From: Leptogorgia sarmentosa
Lineage: Eukaryota
DNA: 64,000 nt
NCBI GenBank assembly: GCA_964658305.1
Contig: OZ210886.1
Location: 124,001 to 188,000, forward strand
Direction of reading: 5' to 3'
Shown here: in pieces, positions 1-15,000 of the stretch
How positions within the stretch are numbered: position 1 is the first letter of the stretch
How the letters are laid out: every line of letters begins with the position of its first letter
Made by a program: the position numbers and the translations under genes
The notes under the pieces: generated by a model
Seen by the model: only the letters and a program-made list of their open reading frames with translations
The model's database searches: none
What the model was told of the DNA's origin: nothing

Positions 1-22
1 CTCACGTTTGAACTAAAATTAC

Positions 23-3000
23 CTTGTATTTCTTTGCATGGACTCGCCAAGATGTTCTTTCGTCTTCAGTGAGAGCACAGCATGTTTTAACTAACGCCTA
101 TATAACACACACTCAAATTCACTAACTGTACTGTACATATAATCATTTATAAAATTCCCTGTATCAGCAAACTTGATCATGCAATTGCAGCAACTTACTT
201 GAACCAAAACAACGTTAAAGACAATCTGTACCAGACACTGAAAACACCCTGTATAAAAGAAGTGATGTACATCAGCCAGGTAGGGAGTAGGAGTGCATCA
301 ATGCTTGAATGAGAAGTAAATGCTGCTTTTTGTGAGGTTTTTCAGCTTTAGGTAAACCCTTGCGCGATTGACATCCTGCGACCCTCGAGTTTTGTTTTGG
401 TTGAGCAAAAAGAAAACGTCTTACTAACCAAGTAATCTCGTGTTCGTGTCTAAACTTATGAACTTACTCAGACTAAGCGGAGCAGGCCATGACAAAACAA
501 GCTGAAGAAGCAAGCAGACACAGTCTTTTAACAACAATGGGACATCATTTACTGGATTATCTTCGCCTGAACTGAAATAAAACGATGGGCTGGTATTAAT
601 CACCACAGGTTAAAGTTATCGCAGTTCAAATTCTATTATCGAGGCAAAAAAACAAATGTAGAAACTTACTCTGTTGCACATGATTCTATAGACTGCCCAG
701 TCAAAAGAGCAAAAACATGACATAATGGACGAACGAGTGTTTGACACTGGAATTGCAACGTTCGTAATAATGTGCCTGCAGATAAAATAAAACACGAAGT
801 ATGAATTTTATATGTCCTTCGTGCCAAAAAGATAAAGAGCTTTAACAAGACTGTAAACAGAAAAAATAACTAAAAAATTACCGTAGAAACGTTTTCTTGC
901 GGACGATAATTTTCCAGCTTGTATTGCTATATGTTCGGCTTCGAGATTGGATCTATAATTAAAACCTTGAAATTAAACTTGAAAAGGAATACAACTCAAA
1001 GACTACGTTTAATTTGTTCCAGGATGAGTACATTCAATCGAAGCTGGTGTTTGGTGGGTTGTGGTACAGGGTATATATTTTAAGTTACAGAAATAATTTA
1101 TGTTTCATTTGTTGCTCGATTGATTATTGTACCATCATTTTAATGGTAATAAACATGTAGGTTACCTCGCAGTTTCAACAATGAGCGAAAACTTGTGTTG
1201 AGAGACAGTGATATTTTCTCGTTCTTTGCTCAAATTTAGGCGGTTAATTGCATCCACGAGAAATGTCACAGATGTGCTTAAAACACTTGGTTGGAGCGCA
1301 CTTGTCGTTAACTTTGACCAATTCTAAACGAAATTATAATTTTTAATAAAGACCAACAGTTTAACTTTTCAATCCACACATGGAGCTGATATAGCTAAGT
1401 ATTGATGTTGGACATACATTGTTGCAGAACTTCAACATCGTTGACTTTAACTCACACAGCGTTTCTCGATGATACATTGCCTAAAAATTACAGACACAAC
1501 GTACATCACTATATGTTGATGAAAGGGTAATTAAGTGCAGAAGTTTGTATCTTATTATGTTTGATGACTATGTGAACGAGTATTTTATTGACTATGTATA
1601 GATGGCGTGGATCCTGTACCTTATTTTTGTTGCACATTGATGGCATAACATCTGATGGTAAAATTGGCAAAATAGCATTTCCTACACGTCGACAAACAGG
1701 ACATTTAAATTCTTCTCTCGTAACATCATATGTTTGATGACGATTATTTGTTGATGATTGCTCGTCCTGAAAAACAGTAAACCAAAGTTATAAACGCAAC
1801 GTCGTACTCGGGCTTTGAAGAGGGAAAGTCCTGGTAACGAGGTTGAGTTATACCAATACATTTTCCTCAGAGTTATTCAGGCAATTTTAAGTTAACCTAG
1901 GATTCACCTAACCGGCTATTGAACAATCCGCTTCTGAACTCCACCCAGTGTTTCACGGTATTTCAAGTACATGTACCTTGAGTGTTTGTAGGTATCTTTG
2001 ATGGCATTTCAAATGAAGGCAATGACCGCAAGACTGAATATGAACACCACCGTCAATACCAAGTTCACATGCTTGAGTAGCTTTGATCTAAACGAAAAAT
2101 GAGTAGGGGCCGGTCTATCAAAGGCGTCTAGCTTAAACGGTGGGTAAGCAAAATTTTAAAAACACACATTCATTTTGTAAATAATTGAAGCTACTGAATT
2201 TTATCAACTGAATGTGTAGTTCTATGCAACGTTTCATGTTTAGACAGAAAAGTTTAGTTTGCTTGTAGTCAATACTTCATAATTTCGTTTGATATTTTTT
2301 ACTTAACCACCGTAAACACCTTTGATACAACCGGGCGCAGCACTTTTGAGCTGAGGGCAATACTGTGTATACGAAGGCGGTAAATCTAGAAACGTACTGC
2401 GTACCTTTTCAAAATAAGTCATGAGAAACTTTCTTCTGGCAGAATAAACTGATCCACAACAGAATGATTCACTGGATGGTTCACTCGATGAAGTCCCTTC
2501 AATTGGTGGTTTAGTCGTGTCCGACCGTTTCCGATGTTTCAACACTGAACAAAAAAGACAAAATTCAAGTCAAAACAGATATTCTTTCCAGCGATATGCT
2601 TGCTTTACAGGGGCATCGCCGAGTATAAACCACGGGTGTATTACACACCGCTTAATGATTTTTAAAAGACACTCAAACGCAGCAATCCAGCGTCTCAACC
2701 CAAACCCCAAACAAGGTTAAGTCAATGACCAGAAATGATGACCAGAAATAACTTTATGTGGTCATGAAGATAACGCATAGAGGGAACTCAAATTCATACA
2801 TTTTTATCAGTTTGATTATTTACCAGTTCCTGATTGAAGGAAGGCGACATAACCCACAGGTTGTTGTTCAGTTGATGGGACATTCTGGTTACATATTGCA
2901 CAATCAAAAAACTCCACAGAACTTCGTTGAGATCTTGACTCACCATCCACATCTGAGCTTGCACCTGAACAAACAAAATACTTTACTATTATCTACTGCA

Positions 3001-6000
3001 AACTTCATGTTGGCAACCTATTGAGTTTTCTGCCTTGCAACCTTCCAATCCTTCCTGACAAAATTAACTGTAAACTAAGCATTATATATACAAACAACCA
3101 CACGTCACATTTCGCGGTACCTAACTACAATCAGATATGGGACGACAGTCGCCCAAACACACCGTCAAAAAAGCTAACTGAAGTTACCCGTAAATTAAAG
3201 TCATTCAAAATCAAGAACACGAATATTTCACGGGAATTCAAGCTAAGTATCAGGGTCGCAAATGAAAGGAAGACTTGGCGCTTTCAGATAAACAGGAATT
3301 TACCTTGGGTACAGTAACTCTCGAAGAACCTTTGTTGCTGGTTCTTAAATTGATCCAAAAGTCTTTGTCGGCATTCTTGAGCCCGCTTCTTCCTATTGTA
3401 AATAGTAAATCACATCAACAGTTATGTAGTCTCCGAAGATTAACACAAGCGCTGCTGTTTGTATAGTCACAACAATGTCAATAAGGGTACAGAATTGCAT
3501 CCTTTCAGGTTGTGTGTTTCACGCTAACCGACACTTCGTTTCTGCTCCACAGTTCTTATAATCTGCAAATCTTATATATGTAAACAGTACATATTTTATC
3601 AAATGTCGTTTTGGACAGTTTATTATGTGAACGACTGAACGTACTTTTTCTCCTGTTTCACCAGCGGATCTTCCACGTCATCTGTTGGACTCAATGAACA
3701 TTTTGTCGTTCCAACGTTTGATGAACTCAAACGGCAAATTAGATCCAATAATTGTTCAACTTTTCTCACGCCATCATTTACCATTGTAACACCAGCGCAT
3801 CTACATATTGATAAGAATACATGTAGTTTTTCAATGTCTTTCTGAATTACTTCCAGTAGTCACAGATATAACCAGCAGTGTTACCTGGGTGATAAAGGCG
3901 AAGCAACAGACATGAGGAGAACAGTCTTTAATTTAACCAATAAACTGAGAATACTGTTGTTCAAATCTGCAGGGGTTTCTGGTCGTTTTCCTGGACACTT
4001 TGTTAAGTCTATAACAATGGACATTCAATGAAATCAATGACAATCCCCCTGAAAGTCTTGACGAAATTGTCAGTGCAATTCTTGCGAAGCAATTCTGATA
4101 CTGATTGTTATGTGAACTGAACATAAACTGAACGACGACATAAACATACCAATAAATGTACCTCAAAATACAGCAAATGGCTTTCAGGCCATCAAATGAA
4201 GTATTTTTTTTTGAAAAAAGGACCCAGGTAGTATGAACTTCTTTCTGGAAAACTTACATTCCCTTAATTTTATGGGCCACTCCCTTCGTTCATTATCATA
4301 ATATAACCAATGTTAAAAAAGCAAGTAATTAATCTGAAAATGTGAATTGTGTGGCATTAGCCTGTCTTGTCTCGTTAGACTTACCTGTACCACCGTTAAT
4401 AGTTACTACGTCACTTTCCATATCACAGCATTGGGACGGCGTCTTAACCACAGGACACGGAGAGGCAGCAATATTTTGGACATCATCAACATCCATTGAT
4501 ACGCACGGATTACTGGGTGTACTACTCTCATTACATGATGATAGATTTTCAAGAAAAATATTCACTGCAATCTGCAAATTCTGTTCGCATTTCTGAAGTA
4601 AACATACAGCCATCTCTACAGAACGTATAAAAATATAAGGTCACACCTTGGGAGAAATTGAATCAAAATTATTGATCAATTGTTGAAACGTGAAAATAGT
4701 TTCACCTCTCGGAGCTTGGGTGACTTCCATAAATTCTTCCACCAAACCATTTGCACTCGAATCACCAGTGGCTAGAGACGATGTAACGGAATCTTGGATG
4801 TCCTCTAGACTGACTAGCAAATCAAATGTAAATCATGTTAGGTAGACAGATAGCGAGTGAATGAAATTGTAAACTAATGTCGAAGGCCCGTTTACACGAA
4901 CGATTACGCTGCGATTTCTAGTGCGATTTCTTCTTTCTGAACGGGCCTTGATTAGAATTACATTGTGCAATTACCTTGACTATAAAAATTTAACATGCTA
5001 GGTATTTCAGGCGATATTCTTGGTTCGTCTCGTATATTATCAAGCAGATGATTTGAGGGAAACTCAAGCATGGAAATATCATTCGGCAGACCATTAGTTC
5101 GTGGGTACGCCTAGATTAAATAAATTAGTCGTTAGAGAGTGGAGCCAAATTTGCATAGATTATGAGAAAGGGAATGACAAGTTCGTCCATATTTTGTTGG
5201 GACAAAATCAGTCCATGCAGGACATAATGTGACGAGAGAGCGAAATGAAAGCTCCAAACACACCATCTGTTTAATCTATGTCAAAAAACTAAATTTACGG
5301 TAAATCAAAAATGATTTTATTAAAATGTACAGAAGTATTTCAATTATATCTGCCATACAAAAATGTGACAGAGAACGTGCTCCTAAATGTAGGCAGTGCT
5401 AATAGCCAGAACAAATACAGTGGTTTACGACGAGAGGATTTCACAAAATAATTTGTACACGCAGATTTCAGTGCAAAATATTAGGTTATTTGTAAATTTT
5501 AAAAAATAGGTACAAACCCGAAATAGTTTCTCGTGGAACTTGATTAGATACGTGAACAGCATGGTTAATTCCACTGGCTAAAAAATAAAGAATAATATCC
5601 TATTTTTCAGACGACAAGAATAGCCAAATTTCATCTGTCAAGAGTTCGCATCAAATTAGCAAGTCTCAGCAAATCAAAAAAGCTAACGAAAACAGGAACC
5701 GTTAAGAAAACCCTGGAAAACATGCACACACAATACCTGTGAGTCGTCACATATAAGGGAGAGATTTTTCATAGAAATTTGTTCCCTCTCGATATATCTT
5801 ATTAGGTAAGCAATCAGACACTTGGCCAAATTATATCTGTAGGCAGGGAGAGTTTCCAGCATGTGCTGTATGTGCTGTAGCTGAGCCTCTCTTTCAGAAT
5901 GACTGCATGAATTATCTAAAAATAAATAAAGTGACGGAATAAATTAAAATATATAATAAGAAAACAGAAATTAACAGAAACAAAGTTTCTTCTTCTCGTT

Positions 6001-9000
6001 TTGGTGCGATGGAAAAGCTATGCATGCGTCCCAGGCTTTATATCCCAAGGAATGATTCTGTTCATGGAATATATGTAAGAGTATAGTGAAATCTTACTCC
6101 GAGCGTTGGAAAGAACATTATTCATATATGGCAAAATGGTAATAAATAACGAAGGTTCCATCCTGTAATGCAACACATGACCAAGAATCAAAGATACTTC
6201 TTTAGCAGAAACCGTTTTTATGTCCAGACTCATTTCAGGATCTGAAACAAAAAAAAATTTAGCGTCGATAATCACTATTGGAAGTCATATATACTACTCC
6301 ATTCCTGCACAAGAAAGGAGAGATTCTAACAGACCTGGCTAGGTTTCCAAGGGGAATAAGTAAGCCATGCAGTTTTCAGGATAGATTTAGCTTTCTACAG
6401 TCAAAGGTTGGGAAGGTTCCATACTCACCACACATTAAGTCAGTTAACAACGTCTCATTAATTTCAGTAAAGTCTTCGTTTTCATGAAGACTTTTCACCC
6501 TTCTGCCTAAAATACAAAACAGCGTGCTTTACAAATATAACCAACAGCCAATGTTGTGTAACTACACCGTTTTTGTTTCGTTTAAAATTGCAAGCAACAT
6601 CCTGTGATAGTACGTTTGTGCCAAAAAGCACAGTATTACTGGCTCTTTATTGACAAGCACAATGTTCCCGGATATTTATCCGGGAAGGGAATAAAGAAGC
6701 TGTGATTCCTGAAGCAGACCCAATCGTTCACAATCGGCCCAATCTGATGCTAATGCAATGATGTCATTCATTTGGAACAAGGAATTGCAGTTTTATAAGA
6801 CTGTTGTTGATAAACACACATGGAGTGTGTCCTGTAAGTCTTCTTTGTCGCGGTTTAGGATTGCAGTAATTCCAAGACTTACCATGCTGATCCAGGAATT
6901 GCAAACATTTCGTTGCAATAACACAACCACTGTCTTGTACGTCACTTAATGAAGGTTGAGAGGGGCATGGTAACTAAAATAGAGAAATACACCAGGACAT
7001 TAACATAAAATACACATAACTACAACACAAAGTTTCTAAATTTGTGGTTGCAATGTTACTAGAAATTCGTGTGTCCTGACAAAGCAAACATGAGAGTTTT
7101 TTTCAACTTTAATGCTTTGATAATGATAAACAGAAACTGAGAATGAAAGTTCATCAAAGTTGACTGCATATTTATTTGTATTTAGCGAAAATTGTCTTCA
7201 GCATTTATTATAAAAAATAATTGGCGCTTACGTAGGTTTGACGTATGAGCTTGGATTAAATTCTCCGATCAAACAAACAAACTTTTAGATGGAGTTTGAA
7301 AAAGGCAAATATATATTATATGATATAACACGCCTCGCGAAATCAACAATGCATCCTTATTCATGTGAAGTAAATGAATTCAACTCACCATTTGAAAACA
7401 TGTGGCTGATGACTGAACAGCTACGGTTATAAGATGGACTGTTAAATACATAATGCTTTCTGATAATGGCGTCACATTCGTTGTAGCCTACGAAGGAAAA
7501 ACATCGCTCAGTAAAACATGAAATGCAAAGAACTCAGGTGTACAAAGTGAATATCCATGAGATGATATTTTTCTGCACAATACCTTGTACAATATTAGGT
7601 ATAACATCCGATGCAATTTCTTGCAGTGAAGTATTCTAAATAATCAAGACACAATGCCCTATTTTAATCAAGCACAGTGTATTCGGGAAAAAGGTAACGA
7701 AATATTTTTACTAAACGTGTGTGTTAGACTCTGACCATATCATATAAATTCAACTAAAGTAAATCAAGCGTAGCAAAGAAGTTACAAAGTCAGAAAAACG
7801 TTTGAATATCATGCTGTACAGTAAGCAGAACAAAATGAATTACCTAAATAGTCCGTTAAGTGAGTTTGGTACTGGAGTTAGAGGTCGAAATGGTGGCCAA
7901 GCTGATGTCACATACGAAGACTTGTGTTGCCGTAAGCTGACGAAATAAATAGAAATAATGAATAAAACAAGTTTGGTCGTGTCATCTACCCTACCTAGTA
8001 ATTTACGGAGAGGAGATGAGACCCTGGATATAAGGATGGGTGTATCGTTGGAACGTATGGTTGAAACTTACTAAGTAGAATATCGATCCATTGCAGATTG
8101 AAACTCTCTTCTATTGAATGCTCTTAATAAAGCATGAACAGGATCAAAATGAGTCTCCCAGAACGCAGGTTTCAATGTGTACATTCCTTGTTGCATACCA
8201 CTGCTGTCGCAGCCTGGGTGTTTGTAATCGGAGATCTACAACAAAGAGAACAATATTGCGATGTGTTTAAATTCTAACATTTTGTGTAAATGTTTTAAGT
8301 TTATAACATGAACGACAATAATGTTGCTATGGTAGATCTCCAGACAGTTGCTTCTATTTAGAACATAATTAATATGTAAAATTAATATTTAACATTTCAA
8401 GCTATTCAAGACATTAAATACCTCATTTAAAATTCTCTCAAAAAGTTGAGCGTTTACTGTTTGACCGTATCGCTCCGGAACGTGTTCAAGTTAAGAAAAA
8501 AAAACGTATCATATTCATCAATATGTGCATTCCTCTGTAACAAAATGAAGAATGACAAATATGCATTCAAGCGATTATCATTGGATAATCTCGAAGTCAG
8601 AGAAAAAAAAATCACAGAAGATCTTGTAATCCTGCATGAGATAATGACTTTGCCACAACTCACTCCGCAAAAAGACATCAAATAAAAGGATATGAGATCA
8701 ACAAGTTGACTATGTGTTCTGTCAGAGAAACACAATAGCGTGACCATTTCCAGACGCAAGGTTTCTTCCACATCCATTCCTGCAAGAAGTGCATAATTGA
8801 AAGATTCCCAATTTAAAGTGTTTGTTTTCAGTGTTTTCATTCAAATGTTAGGAAGATGCATTCTAAATATTTGATACATCTTCACTTAATTCATTCAAAG
8901 ACATATATGGTATATTTGTACTAACAATATTCCTATTCGTAATGATATAGTAGTCAGTAAGATCCACGGTGCGATTATATTTGTACAATTGTTCAATTAG

Positions 9001-12000
9001 AATTATTGAAATCTGCATGGGTTAACGCAGATGAAATTGTTCTTATCCATTTCAGGGCAGCTAAAATGGTAGAATTTCGAATTCTCACACTAAATGTCTC
9101 ATTCGAGGACACTTCGTTAAACGTGATTTACTGTACCTGTGGGTGCATATTATACTAACCGCAATGAAGTCTGCAGCTGAGGAGAGTGAGAATCAAGGTA
9201 AGCAAACCTTCCACCATCATTTCTTTATTGTCATCATCAACACCAGGAGAACACAGTTCTAATTCACTGGGGAACTGAAACCAGTGCTCAACACGGAATC
9301 TGTAGGGGGTACAAAAGTTACTTGCATGCATGACCATTCCGAAATATCTTAGCCTTAATAATACTTTCTCCAAATTATTCCAAAATAAGAGTGTAACAAG
9401 CAGGAGTAGGGAATGACCACAATTTGCTTCCATTAGTAAGCTTGTTAATGTCTCCCCAATTCGTTTTTATATCCTCTATATGCTATACAAAGTTCGACCT
9501 AACCTCTCAATTAGAACACCGAGAAAGTATTCTGGGTCCAATTGTGCAGCGCAAACCTGGAAGTAAAAAACAACAATTTTTTGAGCAGCATTCCCAGGGC
9601 TTGGTTTGGTTTAGTCCAAATTTGAAATCCCTACGCCTTAGGTGATAGATAATTATTACCATTATTTATGTCATGCGATCCCACCCAAGTAGATTTTTAC
9701 CACGCCCTTTTTCCCCAAATTTTTTTCTTGACAACAGATTAAATTCTACATTAATTCCATGATTGATAAAACAGCAGTATGTTTTGCTTCTACTTGGTTC
9801 TGAAAATTGCTACAGGCCAGTATTAAGCCAGTTTACCAGTGAGGTGATTTCCCTCCTGATAGGACATAGCAGGCAAAATATCGTGTTCATGCAACGTATT
9901 CTGATTCTATACATTCTGAAGAAATTACCTGAAGGAAGAAAATGTCCAAGTCGAGCATTGAGTTGGAGAAATGACACTGGTGATACCAAGCACTCTGTGC
10001 AAGAATCTGATGTCCATTACGAGCCCACATACCAGCACGGATCTCGCATACTGCAGCCTAGTTCAGGATGAATATAGAAAATAATTAACTACTATATTTC
10101 AGATTTCTATGTACTGCATCTAATTGTCAGAATCGGAGATCAAACATAAAATATTGCACAAAATAGAGAACGTTATCTATAGAAACAATTCACAAGGAAA
10201 AATGATTGTTCACTACTCTCTGTCTGTCGAGGAATAGATAGTGAGTAGAGTAGCCAATAAAATTATCACATTTGGAATAGTATAAGGATGATTTTTCTAA
10301 TAACAAAGCGCAATACTGGTGCTATTAGCTACTCTGGACCAGAACGTTTTTAGCTAATTTTCAGTATGACAAATATTAAATGAAATTACAGCAATTTACT
10401 GTATATAAATTGTAGCTGGTACATACCTGAATACATGTTGGCCACTCTAGCAACTTCGTGAGGAGTCCAAGATCAAACTGAAATTCCTCAAAATTCATAT
10501 TGAACTGTAGCATTGCCTATAGCATGAACAAAACAAAATAAAATAAACATTTCTTTTCTATGAAAAATTATTTCAGTCAATTTAAAAAATAAATTTAGAC
10601 AAACGAACCTGTTTAACAAATGCAGAAAAGTAACGAAGTAAAGGCAGATGAAAGGTGACCTCAGCTCTTGAAGGCTGCAATATAAACATAAATTAAAATT
10701 ATATTATATAGTAAGATGACTGTATAAACTAATTGAGAAAAAATAAAGTCATATGCAAGGGAGTCAGAAATGAGTGTCATTAACAAATGAAAGGTGTTAC
10801 AAGAACCGTAAGCAAACACAAACTTTGTTAAAACGTTATCACATAACATTTCTTTCATTTCTTCAGTTTTACCTGTAGAGCGACCTTGTTTTGCCATCTG
10901 CCCAATGCCACTGATGTATGGTGAATAACATTTAACACACATGCTTTATCATTCTATTATAACGGAAAATAAATAATACAAATTAAGGAGAACACGACCT
11001 AAAAGTAAAGTACTGTGTATAGGTCCACGCAGTTTAAAAACGAAGCTCTACTGCCTTACAAATCAGGTTTGAGACTTTGCATGATTGGTCGTAGCTATAA
11101 CAGCTAGGGAAACATTTAGATACAGCGAAAATTTTCGGTTAGTATTTCGTGGGAGAAAACGGGCTTAACACTATGTAGGTGCTTTGGTGGCATAATTGTC
11201 CGAGCAAGCGCCTTTCATCTCTGAGATGGTGACTATACCGAGGTGGTAGTAGCAGTAGCTATACAGCGTACACACTTCAGAGCGCTTTCACTCAGTCCCT
11301 GTAGACTATAACAACAAATATGTAATATATGGCGGACATGTTGGCGTACTTTGAAATTCCCTTGTTCTAGTACATCAACATGGCGGCCGTGACATCATAT
11401 GCAAGCGCTCCAGACGATGCATAAGTTGGCAGTTAGGGGCGTCCTTGATGTTGACCTGCGTCCTTTGAATTTCAGCTCAGCGCTCAGCAGCAAGTATTTG
11501 AAAATGAAAGTAGAAAATGAACTTACCAAAACTAAAGAGGCAGCAATGAGACTCCACATGGGAGAGGAAGCAGCTTCTATTTCAATAAAATACGCTGCGT
11601 TGTATGTGGTTGGTTCATATTTGATATGCTGTGTCACAAGACGCTCGTTGCAGTTAATGCCTAGTAAAAGATGGACATCAATTACGACAATAGTCCTAAG
11701 TTACAACGCAAATCCAAAAGTACTGTATTTTTTAGGGTGGGATAAGGCATCTGTAGTCTAGCCGATTACTGGATCTATAGTAAATAGATGGTCTAAATTA
11801 CAGATAACGAACTGGCTTGATTCACACCTGTTACGCAAGCCAAAAAATTCATCCACTTCTCAAGCAAATCAGAATCTTTCATAAAAATATACGCAATCTT
11901 ATGATGAGTAACAATATTGATAAAATCACTGATAACTGGCCAATAACAATGATATTTAATCACTTCCTTGTCACAGTTAATTACCAGATGGTCTACTAAC

Positions 12001-15000
12001 TGACCTGTAAAAAAACATAAAAAGGAATATTTTTTAAAAGCGAATTTAAGAAATACCTACTTTAAAGGATTGTATAAATGAGGGTTGTAAATTTGAAAAG
12101 GGTATTTTTACATGTGCTCCAATTTACACAATGTTGTTGGTTATATAATATTTGAAGTATGCCGGCGTTGACTGGTCAAGAAGCAACTTGGAGATGGGAA
12201 GAATATGTACGATTTTATATATACGATTTTCTCCTTTTGATAGATGTGAACGAGTGGATTAATAACGAATGTGCTCAGGGCCAACATGCAATAATCATGT
12301 GTAAAACTTACCATTAACCTTCATAGGTTGTAACGTTGTTCGCATCATTTCCAACAAAACTTTTACCATTACATGCAATAAATTTTGTTCTTGGACCATT
12401 TTTGTGACAAGAGTTTTATTGCTGAACAGTTGCACACTAATATGAACGATGCTGTTTGATAACTGTTCCACTTCATGTAATGTTGAACACAGCGTCAATA
12501 ATTTACCAATTTCCTGGTACTTTTGACAAAACTTCCGAGTAAAAGCAACCTTGCCAAATAAACAGAAGTGCAAATTAATAACAACTAGTATCTATATCCT
12601 TTATCTGTATAAACATGTACCCGGTACAGTATTTTACTCAGCTCGACGCCAGATGATCTTAACGCAAAGAATGCGGCCACTCAATGAAATGATATTGCTT
12701 TATTTTGAGAGTTGAAAGAGTAGAGCCTTGTCGGCTGGTGTCGACACACATTGAAGTAGTAAACAATACCTTGTATTCTTGATCTGGCAACAATTGAAGA
12801 AGAAAAGTGACCAACTTCTCTGGGAAATCCAACTTAATAATCAAATCCAATAATAAATCTAAATAACTTGTTGATTCGCGTTCGCAACAATCACTGACGC
12901 TATCATTGGACCATGTAGCTGACAAAAATTGGAAAGACGAAGAAGATGATTGTTCACTATCAGCACGTCTTAATTCTTGAGATGACGTGCCAACATCCAA
13001 GCATTCTTGTACAATAACATCACATACTATCCTTCGCAATACTTCTCCTTCGCCTAACTCTTGTAGAAAATCCACAATTTCGTCAATCTCGTCTTTGCCG
13101 GATAGAATCGAATCATCTGTTATATGAAAGGAATAAAATTAACTGCATGCAGTAAGAAAGATGAAACGCTTCAGAGACAGACAGCCAATGAGTCTGCTGC
13201 AAAACAGTATTGAACTAAACAATCCTACTTTTATAAACATTTTTTAGATAAACAAATAAATGTTGTTGTTGTTGTCATAAACACGGCTATTGAAAGTTGA
13301 TGTTGATTTGTCGGGCCCAGCGGTCGTGTACCTGAATGTTGTCGCGGTTCAACTTCTTTGTACAGTCTGTTAAACAGATGAGGAATTACAGCTTTGGCCA
13401 TATACAACGCATCCGCAGGAGGATGTGACAATGATGATCTCTGTTTACCATGAGATGAACAAAACCTACAACAACAGTGGTCATATTTTATCCAGGTTCA
13501 TTGACATTGTTAATGAACGCGCAACTAGAATGCAGCCATTAGCATGAAAGGGACACTTTTCCTAGGGACACTAGGAAGATACTAGGGACTTTAGAATTTT
13601 TACTGCGGCTACGAAATCTAATACGACCAGAAGATAATGACCGGACAGCTACTGTATTTATCCACTAACTACTAAAAACTCATCACAACTGTTATCGGTG
13701 CGATGCAAATAAAAAGTCGATAAAACGTTTTTAATTGCAAACATTCTGTGGAAAAAATGTCTTAGCCGTAGCTACTAGATTTCGTAGCCGTAGAGAATCT
13801 TCCGTTCCCTACTGTACTGTATTTAGCCAAGGTACGGATTAGATATTCTAACCAGATGTCTCACTCAGCAAAATTTATACCCTGTGCCAAGTGCCGTCCA
13901 TGCGCAATCCATTCACCACTACTGCAGTAGCAGACAGTAACAAACAGCTGATATGGACAGGACTAAGTGGGCCACTTGTGTGGATGGGAGGACTTTGAGA
14001 GTCTTATAGCTTCCCATATTAACATTCCTGGAGGCTAACAACAGAAAACTTAACAATCAACAGCAAGACAGTTATTTAAAGCTCGTTCACACGAGCGATT
14101 TCGCAGCGATTTCTAGTGCGATTTTCTCCTTTTGACGGATGTGAACAAGTAAACCAGTCACGAATGTTGATGTCAGGAAGCACGCACTCAGCACATTTAT
14201 TATTAATCCACTCGTTCACTCGCAGCAAAAAATCGTTCGTGGGAACGGGCCTTTTGGTTGATGAAAGTGTTGTGGCAGAATAATTTTTGTGGGTTGATGT
14301 TTCTTACTTAGGAATCACACAAAATGTTGAAAATCCCACTAGGAACAGTTGAGAAATGTTTAATTCACTTGTAAATACAGTTTGCAAGTTTTGTGGTCAG
14401 AACATTGTACAACTGCTCCTGCCTGGATTTCCAACTTGTGCATTCGACTGATTCGAGGCACATCAACCCACCAGCATTATATACATGATAAACTACATAA
14501 TATGTATGTAGTTTCCAGAAAGAAATCTCACAGGTACACAATGTTATTCTTTTCAAAAATTTGTTATAATCCAGATCTGTGCATCACTGACTGAAATTCT
14601 CCACAAGGTTGGAAATTGGGCTCAATTCCTTTTGCTAATTTGTTCAACTATCACAACAACTTTTTTAAGCAAGCCTATCATTAAATTAATGATAATGCAA
14701 CACTACCCCTTTAGCTACAATGTACCTACTACATCCCACACTATCCCCATGGCAACTGTCATCTTCCAGAGTAGGGAATTAGATAAAAAACCTACACACT
14801 GATCACCAAGACCTGAGAAACCTCCCTGCTTAATTAGCTATGCTGACCCTGTAATGATAGAAACTTGTTGTATTGTGCTGATCATGCAATATTTTTGGCC
14901 ACCCATGCAAAAATGATTGCAAGAATAAAAAAAATTATTATTTATATAACACCCACATGCTTTGTAAACCACCTAATCTGGGTATTCCCAATCTCTATAA

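Noticed and set aside
10661..10942. 93-aa minus-strand ORF in UBR3
   Set aside because: Wrong frame. The real exons are ~10953-10873 ([10 protein letters not shown]...) and ~10674-10609 ([11 protein letters not shown]...).
11180..11230. tRNA-like A-box segment
   Set aside because: No cloverleaf or B-box; at most a decayed SINE head.
12594..12603. ATATCCTTT on the + strand (also at ~24243)
   Set aside because: Antisense to the host genes (UBR3, SGTA), so not U12 donors.
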